Positions 9,089 through 17,633 of a DNA stretch of 32,000 nucleotides are shown one piece after another; the stretch's first letter is position 1, and the number at the start of each line of letters is the position of its first letter. Position numbers and translations under genes: made by a program. The notes beneath the pieces were generated by a model. That model had not been told where the DNA came from. It was given only the letters and a program-made list of their open reading frames with translations, and did no database searches. This DNA is from an uncultured archaeon (lineage in GTDB: Archaea > Asgardarchaeota > Jordiarchaeia > Jordiarchaeales > Jordiarchaeaceae), in the NCBI GenBank assembly GCA_964510585.1, contig CAZECW010000090.1, forward strand, positions 4,185 to 36,184, given 5' to 3'.

Positions 9089-9357
9089 CACTGCCCAACA
9101 ATATTAAAGTTTTCCTCGGCATCTGCCTGTTTTAGGGTCAATGCCCCGCTTTTGCAATTCATCACACAATAAAAACAGTCAATTCGAGTCTTGCACCTTG
9201 AAATATCCACTTTAAATCTCGGATCAATGTCTATAATTGCACCCAAAGGACATGCATTCATACAGGTTTTGCAATGTTGGCACTTTTCTGGACGGGCTAA
9301 AACAGGATAATTAAATTTCAAGAGCACCGCCTTAGGTTGTTCACAGTAATGGAACAA
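9088..9357 (-). CDS. 2[4Fe-4S] ferredoxin-like protein
   Basis: CQHCKTCMNACP and CKTRIDCFYCVMNCK cluster motifs. The true start may be a few codons downstream (GTG/TTG). Confidence 0.82.
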   Translation of the reverse strand: MFHYCEQPKAVLLKFNYPVLARPEKCQHCKTCMNACPLGAIIDIDPRFKVDISRCKTRIDCFYCVMNCKSGALTLKQADAEENFNIVGQ

Positions 9358-9470
9358 TAATACACAACTTTTATATTTTTCCTACCTTTCCCTAACAAAA
9401 TAATTCTTGCACCACCTGAAAAATAGAGTTACCGATAAGCCATTTTTCCATAAAAAAGGGGAAACTTCCC

Positions 9471-9663
9471 ATTTACCCCACTTTCCGCACCTTTGGTTTA
9501 TTTTTTTCTATTTTTGCGGAATTTGCAAGTCTATAGGGGGGATGCTGAACTTTATCAAAAAATTTTTGGAAATCCCCAAATCCCCGCAATAAAAAGGAGC
9601 AGAAACTGGTAAAAACAAAAAAATACCAAAAAATTCACAAAGGATGCGGAATGTGGGATTTAC
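9471..9663. mobile_element. MITE-like element (9477-9657, 181 bp) with imperfect ~19-bp terminal inverted repeats and a 6-bp target-site-like duplication
   Basis: Left arm CCCACTTTCCGCACCTTTG (9477-9495). Right arm CAAAGGATGCGGAATGTGGG (9638-9657) is its reverse complement except for one mismatch and one extra base. ATTTAC flanks both arms directly (9471-9476 and 9658-9663). No convincing ORF inside. Confidence 0.65.
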
Positions 9664-9744
9664 TATTTTTGAAAAATTTTTCGCGAACCCTTTTGAAAAA
9701 AGGCTATACGGCTAAATTGTTAAACTCGATGATAAACATTGTTT

Positions 9745-9960
9745 TTAGTAGGTGTTCTCAACTTTTCTTATTCTTAGAATCCTTTTAATTTCCATCATTG
9801 AATTATATAATTCATTTAGTAATAGTAGGTCCCTTACTTCTTTCTCCTCTTTTTCCCGGAGGTAGGCTTCGTAAACGTTTTCTAATTCTTTGCAGAAATC
9901 TAAGAGATCCTCATCCGAAATTTTTTCCTCGCTTTTGTAAATCAGTTTTTCCTTCTCCAC
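9745..9960 (-). CDS. Small acidic helical hypothetical protein (71 aa)
   Basis: GGGGTGA RBS 5 nt before GTG; protein-like E/K/L composition; occupies otherwise empty space. Confidence 0.65.
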   Translation of the reverse strand: MEKEKLIYKSEEKISDEDLLDFCKELENVYEAYLREKEEKEVRDLLLLNELYNSMMEIKRILRIRKVENTY

Positions 9961-10357
9961 TTTTTCACCCCGAGAAAATTACGTGTTAACTGTTTTTGAA
10001 ATATTATGGGATAGGTGTTACTTTCTTCTTTTTGTGAACTTTTTGTACCGGATATTCTTGGTAATTTGAAATTATGAATTAGGGCTATTTAGGGTGTGTA
10101 AAACGTGGATAATACTTGAAAATTATTTTTGGAACTGATAAAGGCAAGTCTCTGACTGACCTCTTCTTAAAAAGCTGTTAGAAAAGTAATGTGAGATGGG
10201 TTTTTGGTAAAAGTTGTTAACTTCTTTATTAGTTCATCGATTGGGAAATCAAGGAAATCCATAGTACGGTGAAGTTTTCCAAAGTAGCGTCCTAGTAAAC
10301 TTGATGTGCATGATATGCTAGATTTAAAATAGTCTAAAAAAATTGGATAAGAGATTT

Positions 10358-10867
10358 TTAACTCATTAATAGTTTATTAATGCTTTTCTGGAGGTTAATG
10401 TTGATTTTTGAAAGGTAGCCTTTTCTTATCTCGAATTTTTCTAAGACGTTCCCCCCTAAATTGCTATTTTTTGTGTGATTGTATTCCTCAACGAGTTCAT
10501 CTACGGTTTTTTCGAAGTCCAAAAATTTTGAGGGGTCAACTTCATCATTAGTCACCGCTCCGAATTTATACACAAATTTTTCAGCTAATTTTCGCAATAA
10601 TTCTTTTACTGGTGTGTCGTCGGTGTTTTTTTCACATTTCGTTATTACTACAAAAATTATCTCGCCTAATGGATGGTAAAATAGCTTCAGGAGTTTTGTT
10701 TCCATCTTCACTATTTGGTCTTCGCAGAATTCTCTGAAAAAATTAAAAATCGCGGAAATGAATCCTCCAATTAAGACTTCATCTGGTGTATGCTCTCCGC
10801 TATCATATGCTCTGTGAAAGAGAGCGTAGCCGGTTTCCTTTATGACGTAAACCGCTTTGATGTTCAA
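10358..10867 (-). CDS. Stand-alone longin-fold protein (Asgard eukaryotic-signature-type)
   Basis: N-terminal pattern IKAVYVIKETGYALFHRAY...DEVLIGGFISAIFNFFREF...IVKMETKLLKLFY...IIFVVIT...VKELLRKLAEKFVYKF...FEKTVDELV follows the beta-beta-alpha-beta-beta-beta-alpha-alpha longin layout. Confidence 0.75.
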   Translation of the reverse strand: MNIKAVYVIKETGYALFHRAYDSGEHTPDEVLIGGFISAIFNFFREFCEDQIVKMETKLLKLFYHPLGEIIFVVITKCEKNTDDTPVKELLRKLAEKFVYKFGAVTNDEVDPSKFLDFEKTVDELVEEYNHTKNSNLGGNVLEKFEIRKGYLSKININLQKSINKLLMS

Positions 10868-11205
10868 ACGTTTCAGCTCCCAAAGATTTTTTCTCTGGAC
10901 ATGGTTATGTTTAGTTATTTGGTCTGTGTTTCAAGTTTCCATTTCACAACAATCATGAGATTGCTTTTTTTTGAGTCTTCCACCATGTGTCTCTGTTTTA
11001 GTTGGTTCCATACTTTTTTCCCTATTAACTATAAAAACCCCTCCCAAAAAGGTAACAAGTCCTTATATTAGCCAAGATTACTGAATACAGGGAAGCCCTA
11101 AACTCATAATCATCGTGTTATACGTTTAACTGCTAAATAGATGACAAAATTTATGAACTATGTCTTATTCGTGGAATTGGAGACAATTATGGAAGTAGAA
11201 AAACT

Positions 11206-11679
11206 ATGCCTGCTATGAATGCTTTTCAAATATACAAGCTTTTACCGCAAACAAATTGCGGTAAGTGTGGAGAAGCAAATTGTATGGCTTTCGCTGTTCA
11301 GTTGCTTAGTGGTAAAAAAAAGCTTGAGGCTTGCACGCCACTCTTTCAGGAACCGAAGTATGCGGATAAATTAAAGCAGCTTCAAGAAATATTCACCGTA
11401 ACCGACGAGGTTAAGGAAACAGGACTGGTATTCCATGAGGACAAATGTACTGGTTGTGGAAATTGTGTCATGGTATGTCCTGAAGACGTTGCTGCTTCCC
11501 CACTTATTGCGGGTGGTAAGGGCTCCCGTGCTGATGGGGTGGTGTTTCGTGTGGAGAATGGGAAGGCTAAAATAATTGATTTAACTAAGTGTAGGAGGAT
11601 GGGTACTCAGAAGACTTGTCGTGTCTGTGAAATGTATTGTGGTGCGGGTGCCATTGAGATTCGTTCGGTTGGTGGTTAA
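11206..11679 (+). CDS. fwdG: Formylmethanofuran dehydrogenase subunit G-like polyferredoxin with an N-terminal putative FeS domain
   Basis: LPQTNCGKCGEANCMAFA..CTPL domain, then CTGCGNCVMVCP..SPLIAGGKG (FwdG-type signature) and CRVCEMYCGAGAI; lies 3 nt upstream of fwdB. Confidence 0.78.
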   Translation: MPAMNAFQIYKLLPQTNCGKCGEANCMAFAVQLLSGKKKLEACTPLFQEPKYADKLKQLQEIFTVTDEVKETGLVFHEDKCTGCGNCVMVCPEDVAASPLIAGGKGSRADGVVFRVENGKAKIIDLTKCRRMGTQKTCRVCEMYCGAGAIEIRSVGG

Positions 11680-11682
11680 TCT

Positions 11683-12987
11683 ATGGCAAATTTTGTTCCA
11701 ACTGTGTGTGTGGGGTGTGGTCTTCTCTGTGATGACATTGAAGTTAAGGTTGAGGGGGGCAAAATTGTTTCCACACTTCATACCTGTGCCCGGGGAGAGT
11801 GGACTCTGCGTAGAGCCCATAGCAATTCTCGTTTAACTTCACCACTAATTAAAAAGAATGGAAAATTGGTGAAGGTCTCTTTTGAGGATGCTTTGAGCCG
11901 TGCGGCTGAGATTCTTTCGGAGGCGGAGCGTCCACTCTTGTGGGGTTGGAGTTCTGCAAGTGTCGAGGCTCAGCGTTTGGGGATTCTTTTGGCCCAGCGT
12001 TTGGGTGGAGTTATTGACAGCACTTCTTCCATATGTCACGGTTCTAGTATCTTGGCGGGGAGGGAAGCTGGTTTTAGAACTGCTACCTTGGGGGAAGTTA
12101 AAAATCGTGCGGACTTAATAGTTTACTGGGGTAGTGATCCTAGTCACAGTCATCCCCGTCACCTGAGTAGGTATACCATAATTCCGCGTGGAATCTATAC
12201 TCAGATGGGTTACGAGCAGAAACAGCTGGTTATAGTTGATGTGCGTAAGTCTCGTACCGGTAAGGTAGCTAACCAGATTCTTGAGGTGGAGCCCAATAAG
12301 GACTATGAACTTATTTCTGCGATGAGAATGGTTCTCAAGGGTAAAAATATTAGGGACAAAGAAGTTGCCGGGATTCCAGTTAAGGTCATAAATCAGGTAA
12401 TTCAGACTTGGAAAACTCGGCAGTTCGGGGTTATTTTTGTGGGGTTAGGGCTCTCTATGAGTAGGGGTAAGTATCGCAACATAGAAGTTTTATACAAATT
12501 GGTTCAGGAACTAAATGATTACACTCGTTTTGTAGCGATTCCCATGGCTGGACATTATAATATGGTTGGATTTAACCATGTGGCTACGTGGCTTACTGGT
12601 CACCCGTTCGGAATTGACGCCAGTAGGGGAAACATATACTCAAATCCAGGGGAGACTACTGGAGCTGAAATTATTATGCGGGATGAATTCGACGCTATGT
12701 TGGTTTTAGCCTCCGACCCTATCTCTACGATGCCCTTACCTATAGCGCGAAAAATTACTAGAAAACCCTTGGTGGTGGTTGATTGTTTAGAAACTCCCAC
12801 AACCAAGATTGCAGACGTTGTTCTACCCGCCGCAATGACTGGCATAGAGGTTGAGGGAACCGCCTACAGGATTGATTCGGTGCCAATAAGGCTTAAGAAG
12901 TTCTTGGAGCCCCCCAGGGACTGTAAATCTGACGAGGAGATTCTGTCTCTTCTGATTTCAAAAATTGAAAAACTGGGTAAAAAATAG
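11683..12987 (+). CDS. fwdB: Formylmethanofuran dehydrogenase subunit B (Mo/W-bisPGD catalytic subunit)
   Basis: CVGCGLLCDD FeS motif, ICHGSS metal-ligand Cys, KNRADLIVYWG, HPRHLSRY, GH-Y-N and G+AYR+D+VPI motifs. Confidence 0.9.
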   Translation: MANFVPTVCVGCGLLCDDIEVKVEGGKIVSTLHTCARGEWTLRRAHSNSRLTSPLIKKNGKLVKVSFEDALSRAAEILSEAERPLLWGWSSASVEAQRLGILLAQRLGGVIDSTSSICHGSSILAGREAGFRTATLGEVKNRADLIVYWGSDPSHSHPRHLSRYTIIPRGIYTQMGYEQKQLVIVDVRKSRTGKVANQILEVEPNKDYELISAMRMVLKGKNIRDKEVAGIPVKVINQVIQTWKTRQFGVIFVGLGLSMSRGKYRNIEVLYKLVQELNDYTRFVAIPMAGHYNMVGFNHVATWLTGHPFGIDASRGNIYSNPGETTGAEIIMRDEFDAMLVLASDPISTMPLPIARKITRKPLVVVDCLETPTTKIADVVLPAAMTGIEVEGTAYRIDSVPIRLKKFLEPPRDCKSDEEILSLLISKIEKLGKK

Positions 12988-13030
12988 ATTCTTTTTATGT
13001 CAAATTGTAGTTGTGAACCTGTTTTTGTTG

Positions 13031-13459
13031 TCATTCGAGCTTTATTTGCATTTTGCAGTGTCCCAATTTGAACTTTTGTGATCCCGCTACTGTTGCCTTT
13101 TTGACTTCTTCTACTGGTTTTACTGCTCCCATAAGTATTCCTGGTAGGAAGCAAACTCCGCGTAGTCCTTCTGATCTGAGTATTTCGTTTGCTGGGCAAA
13201 CTTTGCATCCTTGGACTTCGACGTTCAAAAAGTTGTTTTCTATGTTTACTTTCACCTTTTCTCCAAGTTTAAGGTCGTTTTGGAGATAGTTTTCCAGCTC
13301 AGTTTCCAGCTCTTTTAGGCTTATTTTTTCTTTATTTGTTATTTTAGAACCTAGTTCTCTGCCTAGTTTAACAAATATCTTCTGTGCGTCTTCACCTAGA
13401 GCTTTGACTAGTGATACGTGGTATTTTTGGAACAAGCTTTCTGGGATTTCTTCAGTCAC
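13031..13459 (-). CDS. V4R/MetOD-like small ligand-binding domain protein with 4 Cys
   Basis: Helical N-half (KLGRELG), then VEVQGCKVCP...GVCFLPGILMGAV...GHCKMQI. GGAGG precedes GTG 13459, while the ORF track starts at TTG 13474. Confidence 0.55.
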   Translation of the reverse strand: MTEEIPESLFQKYHVSLVKALGEDAQKIFVKLGRELGSKITNKEKISLKELETELENYLQNDLKLGEKVKVNIENNFLNVEVQGCKVCPANEILRSEGLRGVCFLPGILMGAVKPVEEVKKATVAGSQKFKLGHCKMQIKLE

Positions 13460-13565
13460 TTGGCATTCCTCCAAAGTTGGAAATGAGTATTTTATAATAA
13501 GCCTTTCTCAAAGGTTCATAAGTGGAAATGTTCAGGAAAACCTTTTTTCATGTTGTGTGCTTAGT

Positions 13566-14162
13566 TTAGGTTCTTCTTAGCTCCACTAGGTATTTTCTGG
13601 TCAATATGGGGTTGAAGGTGAGGCGTTTACTGATTACGAGGGTGTTCTGGTATTTAGAGTAGTATAATTTTAGACGGAGGTTTTTCTCCGACCTATTTAC
13701 TAGCTTATTTATTAGTGCTTGTGCCATCTTCCTGGATTCTAGGGCTGTGGATGCAAAACGTTTCACATTTAGGCGCGTATTCCTTATGTAAACTATCCAG
13801 TCACCAAAAACAATTAAGACTACTAGAAGTAGGATTGGTACGGCGCTGAAAGGGGTAAACTCCATTCCTATTTGGTGGGTGCTGGTTAATGTGAGAAATG
13901 TGGAGATAAAACCGGAGGCAACCACGAGAAGCATTAAGAGTAGAATTAATCTGTAACCTGAAGATTTTTTGTAGGTTGTTCGCATTTCTTCCAACTTTTT
14001 CTTCAAAAGAGGCCAGTTGACCTCCGCCTCTCTTCCCACTATGTCCATTGCTCCATCTAGGCTGGGATCCCTTGACAACCTGTCTGTGAATAGAGGAGGC
14101 TTAAGTCCAGCATAGGCGTCCAACTCCTCTATCCACACTTTTAGCCTTTTTTCCAACAACAT
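13566..14162 (-). CDS. Hypothetical membrane protein (2 predicted TM helices)
   Basis: Hydrophobic stretches LILLLMLLVVASGFISTFLTL and FSAVPILLLVVLIVFGDWIVYI; basic C-terminal domain; 198 aa. Confidence 0.7.
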   Translation of the reverse strand: MLLEKRLKVWIEELDAYAGLKPPLFTDRLSRDPSLDGAMDIVGREAEVNWPLLKKKLEEMRTTYKKSSGYRLILLLMLLVVASGFISTFLTLTSTHQIGMEFTPFSAVPILLLVVLIVFGDWIVYIRNTRLNVKRFASTALESRKMAQALINKLVNRSEKNLRLKLYYSKYQNTLVISKRLTFNPILTRKYLVELRRT

Positions 14163-14211
14163 CTTTATCGCTTATCCAGGGTTGTTGAAGCTGGGAGCAA
14201 GCATTTCATAT

Positions 14212-14266
14212 ATCTTAAACTTTCCTATTATTAATCTGATAGCCTATTAGGGGAAAGTTTTAAGAT
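14212..14266. promoter_or_regulatory. Imperfect inverted repeat in a divergent promoter region
   Basis: ATCTTAAACTTTCC (14212-14225) versus GGAAAGTTTTAAGAT (14252-14266), one extra T. Confidence 0.35.
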
Positions 14267-14308
14267 TTTCGTGTGTTACTTTTCTTTGCTAATCTAAAGG
14301 GATGCCCC

Positions 14309-15412
14309 ATGATTGAGGTTTTTGAGGATCTTGTAACTAACCGTCATGTTAATGCTTTGCGATGGAAAAATAGTGGTAGGAAGATTTTCGGCTACTTCTG
14401 TTCATATGCTCCTGAGGAAATTATTCATGCTGCGGGAATTATACCTGTGAGAGTGATGGGTGGTTCCGAAGCTATTACTCTGGCAGATGTTCACCTGCCG
14501 AGTTATGTGTGTTCTTTTTCTCGCAGTTGTTACGATTTGGGCCTGAAGGATGTTTACAATTATCTGGATGGTGTAGTGTTCCCCTATACTTGTGATACTA
14601 TGGTTTCGCTTTACAATATTTGGAGGAAGGATATTAAAACACCCTATGTGGGCTTCGTTGATCCTCTATGTGCAAAGAGGGAGACCTCAAGGAAATATTT
14701 TCGGGAGGAAATTGCTCGCTTTAGGTCGTCGCTTGAAAAATTTCTGGGGAGGGAGATTTCAGAGGATTGTCTCGAGAAGTCAATTGAAATTTATAATGAG
14801 AATAGGAAACTTTTGAAGAAAATTTATGAGCTTAGAAAAAATTCGATTCCCCCCATTTCTGGAGTGGAAGCCTTAAGCGTAGTTAGATCGAGTATGTTGG
14901 CTCCCAAGGAGGAGCACAGTCGCCTACTTGAAAACTTCCTGATTAAAATCTTAGAGAGGGAAGATGTGCCTGAGCCGGGGTTGAGGATACTTGTTTCTGG
15001 TAGTGTGATTTATGACTCTGAAATACTTAAAATGATTGAGGATGCTGGGGGGCTCATAGTAACCGATGATCTTTGCACTGGGACCCGTTACTTCTGGGAT
15101 ATGGTTAACCCTAAAACTTCTCCTCTGGTCGCCATTGCGGATCGGTACTATGAGAGGATTCCCTGCCCTTGTAATTATCCTCCCGAAAAACGTTTAGAAC
15201 ATATCATGAATCTTGTAAAGGACTTTAAAGTTGAGGCGGTCATCTTCGTCTTACAGAAGTTTTGTGATCCTCACTTATTCGACTATCCCTTTATGGAGGA
15301 TAGATTGAAGGAGGTTGAAATACCAACACTTCTCATTGAAACTGAACATGTGAACTCGCCCATAGGTCCCCTTAAAACAAGAATCGAAGCCTTTTTTGAA
15401 ACAATTCAATAA
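14309..15412 (+). CDS. 2-hydroxyacyl-CoA dehydratase beta-type subunit (HgdB/FldC/HadC family)
   Basis: GYFCSYAPEEIIHAAG, CSFSRS, PYTCDT, DDLCTGTRYF, KFCDPHLFDYP and TRIEAFFE motifs; ATG 14309 preferred as start. Confidence 0.88.
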   Translation: MIEVFEDLVTNRHVNALRWKNSGRKIFGYFCSYAPEEIIHAAGIIPVRVMGGSEAITLADVHLPSYVCSFSRSCYDLGLKDVYNYLDGVVFPYTCDTMVSLYNIWRKDIKTPYVGFVDPLCAKRETSRKYFREEIARFRSSLEKFLGREISEDCLEKSIEIYNENRKLLKKIYELRKNSIPPISGVEALSVVRSSMLAPKEEHSRLLENFLIKILEREDVPEPGLRILVSGSVIYDSEILKMIEDAGGLIVTDDLCTGTRYFWDMVNPKTSPLVAIADRYYERIPCPCNYPPEKRLEHIMNLVKDFKVEAVIFVLQKFCDPHLFDYPFMEDRLKEVEIPTLLIETEHVNSPIGPLKTRIEAFFETIQ

Positions 15413-15426
15413 TTGGTGGATTAAAA

Positions 15427-16626
15427 TTGACAGAAAGAGGAAAAAAGTCTCTGGAGACTTCAAAAGAAGTCTTTAAGTTAGCTTCCCAACACTACCTGGG
15501 TGCGCATGAAGCCAAAAGGATGGGTAAACCTGTAACTTGGATGACTGGATACGACCCTGTAGAACTACTCTACGCCATGGATATCGCGGTTGTGTATCCT
15601 GAAAATTATTCTGCGTTGTGCGCCGTCACCCAAGTGGCACCAAAATTTATTGAGAAATGTGAAAGTTTAGGGTATTCTCGTGATTTGTGTTCTTATGCTA
15701 GAAATACCATAGGCACGACATTTTCTCAGGATGCTCCCTTTGGCGGCCTTGCTCCTCCCGACTTTTTAGTTGTGGCAAGGAAATTTTGTAAGACCCATAT
15801 AAAGTGGTGGCAAGTACTAAGCCGCAGATTTAACTGCCCCCTCTTCATAATAGACGCCCCATACATTACCGGTAAAGTGGAAGACTACCACATAGACCAC
15901 TACTTAGCCCAGCTTGAAGAGTTAATAGCGTTTTTGGAGAAGCAGACTGGGAAAAAAATGGACTATGATAAACTCGCAGAAGTAGTTAAACTGTCTGATA
16001 GGGCGAGCGCTCTTTGGGACGAAATTATGGAAATGCGCAAAAATGTTCCCTGCCCTGTGGGAGCCGCTGATATTTTATCCTGCATGTTTGGCATAGTGAC
16101 TCTTCCCGGAACCCGTACAGCTGTAGAGTTCTATGAGAGATTGAGGGATGAGGTTAAGGAGAGGGTCAAGAACAAGATTGGCACCGTGCCCGTGGAGAGA
16201 TTCCGTCTAACCTGGGACAACATAGTCATGTGGTATAATGTGGGATTAACAAACTACTTCCAAAAGTATGGAGCAGTTTTTGTATTTGAAGGCTACACTA
16301 TGGTTTGGAGTGGACGCCTAGACCCTCAAAAACCATTAGAATCGCTGGCCAAGAAGTACCTAACACCCTTCATAGAGCTGAACAATAGGGCCTGGTCCAT
16401 GGTTGAGCTTTGTAAACAGTATAAGGTGGACGGAGCAGTAATGCACTCCAACAGAAGCTGCAAATTTTTATCACTACTACAATATGAACTAAAAGACATC
16501 TTGATGGAAGAACTTGGGATACCCTCACTAATACTAGAAGGAGACCACTGCGATGGAAGAGCCTACTCCGACGCCCAAATTAGGACCAGAATCGACGCCT
16601 TCATGGAACTATTAGAGAAGAGATAG
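15427..16626 (+). CDS. 2-hydroxyacyl-CoA dehydratase alpha-type subunit (HgdA/FldB/HadB family)
   Basis: YPENYSA, GYSRDLCSYAR, NRSCK, EGDHCD and TRIDAFME motifs. Confidence 0.88.
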   Translation: MTERGKKSLETSKEVFKLASQHYLGAHEAKRMGKPVTWMTGYDPVELLYAMDIAVVYPENYSALCAVTQVAPKFIEKCESLGYSRDLCSYARNTIGTTFSQDAPFGGLAPPDFLVVARKFCKTHIKWWQVLSRRFNCPLFIIDAPYITGKVEDYHIDHYLAQLEELIAFLEKQTGKKMDYDKLAEVVKLSDRASALWDEIMEMRKNVPCPVGAADILSCMFGIVTLPGTRTAVEFYERLRDEVKERVKNKIGTVPVERFRLTWDNIVMWYNVGLTNYFQKYGAVFVFEGYTMVWSGRLDPQKPLESLAKKYLTPFIELNNRAWSMVELCKQYKVDGAVMHSNRSCKFLSLLQYELKDILMEELGIPSLILEGDHCDGRAYSDAQIRTRIDAFMELLEKR

Positions 16627-16695
16627 ATTGATTCCTCCACTTATGCGTTGAGCCATCCGCTTACATTAACAATTGGCGATGTTGGGAGAGCCGTT

Positions 16696-17472
16696 ATGTA
16701 TGTTGCCGGAATAGATATTGGGGCGCTTACCGCAAAATCGGTCATTTTGAAAGACGGCAAAGTTTTGGCTTTCACTGTTATTCCCTCGGGGTCAGATAGC
16801 AAGGAAACTGCACAGAAAGTTATGGATGCCACCCTAAGTAAAGCCGGACTCTGCTTGAAAAATGTTGATTTTACGGTTTCCACAGGTTATGGTCGCATAA
16901 GTGTTCCCTTTGCAGACCTGCAGGTTACTGAGATTTCCTGCCACGCTAAAGGTGCTTATTCACTTTTTCCCACCGCAAAAACAGTGATTGATATTGGGGG
17001 ACAGGACAGTAAGGCCATCAAATTAGGCGAGAACGGTAAGGTGGTGGACTTTGCTATGAATGATAGATGCGCCGCTGGTACGGGTAGATTTCTGGAGGTT
17101 ATGGCTAAGGCTCTGGAGGTGAAATTAGAGGATATGGGAGACCTCTCTCTTCAATCTAAAAATAGGGCAAAGATCAGTAGCATATGCACAGTTTTTGCGG
17201 AGTCCGAAGTAATTTCACAAATCTCTAGGGGAACCCCCAAAGTGGACATAATAGCGGGGATACATGATGCCATTGCTAGCAGGGTCTTTGGAATGGCCAG
17301 CAGGGTAAAAATTGAGAAGGATTTGGTTATGACTGGGGGAGTAGCCAAAAATAAGGGCGTTATAAAGGCCCTGGAAGAGAAGGTGGGATTCAAAATTCTG
17401 GTGCCCGAAGAACCACAAATAGTGGGAGCCTTGGGTGCAGCTATAATAGCCCAAGAAAAAGCAGCAAAATAG
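16696..17472 (+). CDS. ATP-dependent activator of 2-hydroxyacyl-CoA dehydratase (HgdC/BcrAD family ASKHA ATPase)
   Basis: GIDIGALTAK, TGYGR, TEISCH, IDIGGQDSK, NDRCAAGTGRFLE, ISSICTVFAESE and TGGVAKN motifs; ATG 16696 preferred as start. Confidence 0.93.
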   Translation: MYVAGIDIGALTAKSVILKDGKVLAFTVIPSGSDSKETAQKVMDATLSKAGLCLKNVDFTVSTGYGRISVPFADLQVTEISCHAKGAYSLFPTAKTVIDIGGQDSKAIKLGENGKVVDFAMNDRCAAGTGRFLEVMAKALEVKLEDMGDLSLQSKNRAKISSICTVFAESEVISQISRGTPKVDIIAGIHDAIASRVFGMASRVKIEKDLVMTGGVAKNKGVIKALEEKVGFKILVPEEPQIVGALGAAIIAQEKAAK

Positions 17473-17563
17473 TTTGAAAAACTCATCAAAGAGTGGTAAA
17501 ATTTCAGATACTTTTATACGTCCATAAAAGATAGAATTTAACAGTCATCACACTTAAAGAGTA

Positions 17564-17577
17564 AATAGTTAACTATT
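17564..17577. promoter_or_regulatory. Perfect 14-bp palindrome upstream of the aminotransferase, candidate operator
   Basis: AATAGTTAACTATT is self-complementary and ends 56 nt before the GTG at 17634. Confidence 0.4.
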
Positions 17578-17633
17578 AAGATTCTGAAAGTGGCGAAAAC
17601 AGGTTTGTTTAAGATTGTTGGTGGTGTTGAGGA

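Noticed and set aside
9070-12987. Selenocysteine recoding (ferredoxin TGA readthrough; FwdB ligand)
   Set aside because: Readthrough of the ferredoxin TGA meets TAA four codons later, and the FwdB ligand codon is TGT (Cys). No in-frame TGA interrupts a conserved domain.
14309-17472. Benzoyl-CoA reductase (bzdNOQ-like gene order)
   Set aside because: The YPEN..A...GYS.DLC.YAR pattern resembles HgdA/FldB/HadB more, and no other aromatic-degradation genes are nearby. Not fully excluded without a phylogeny.
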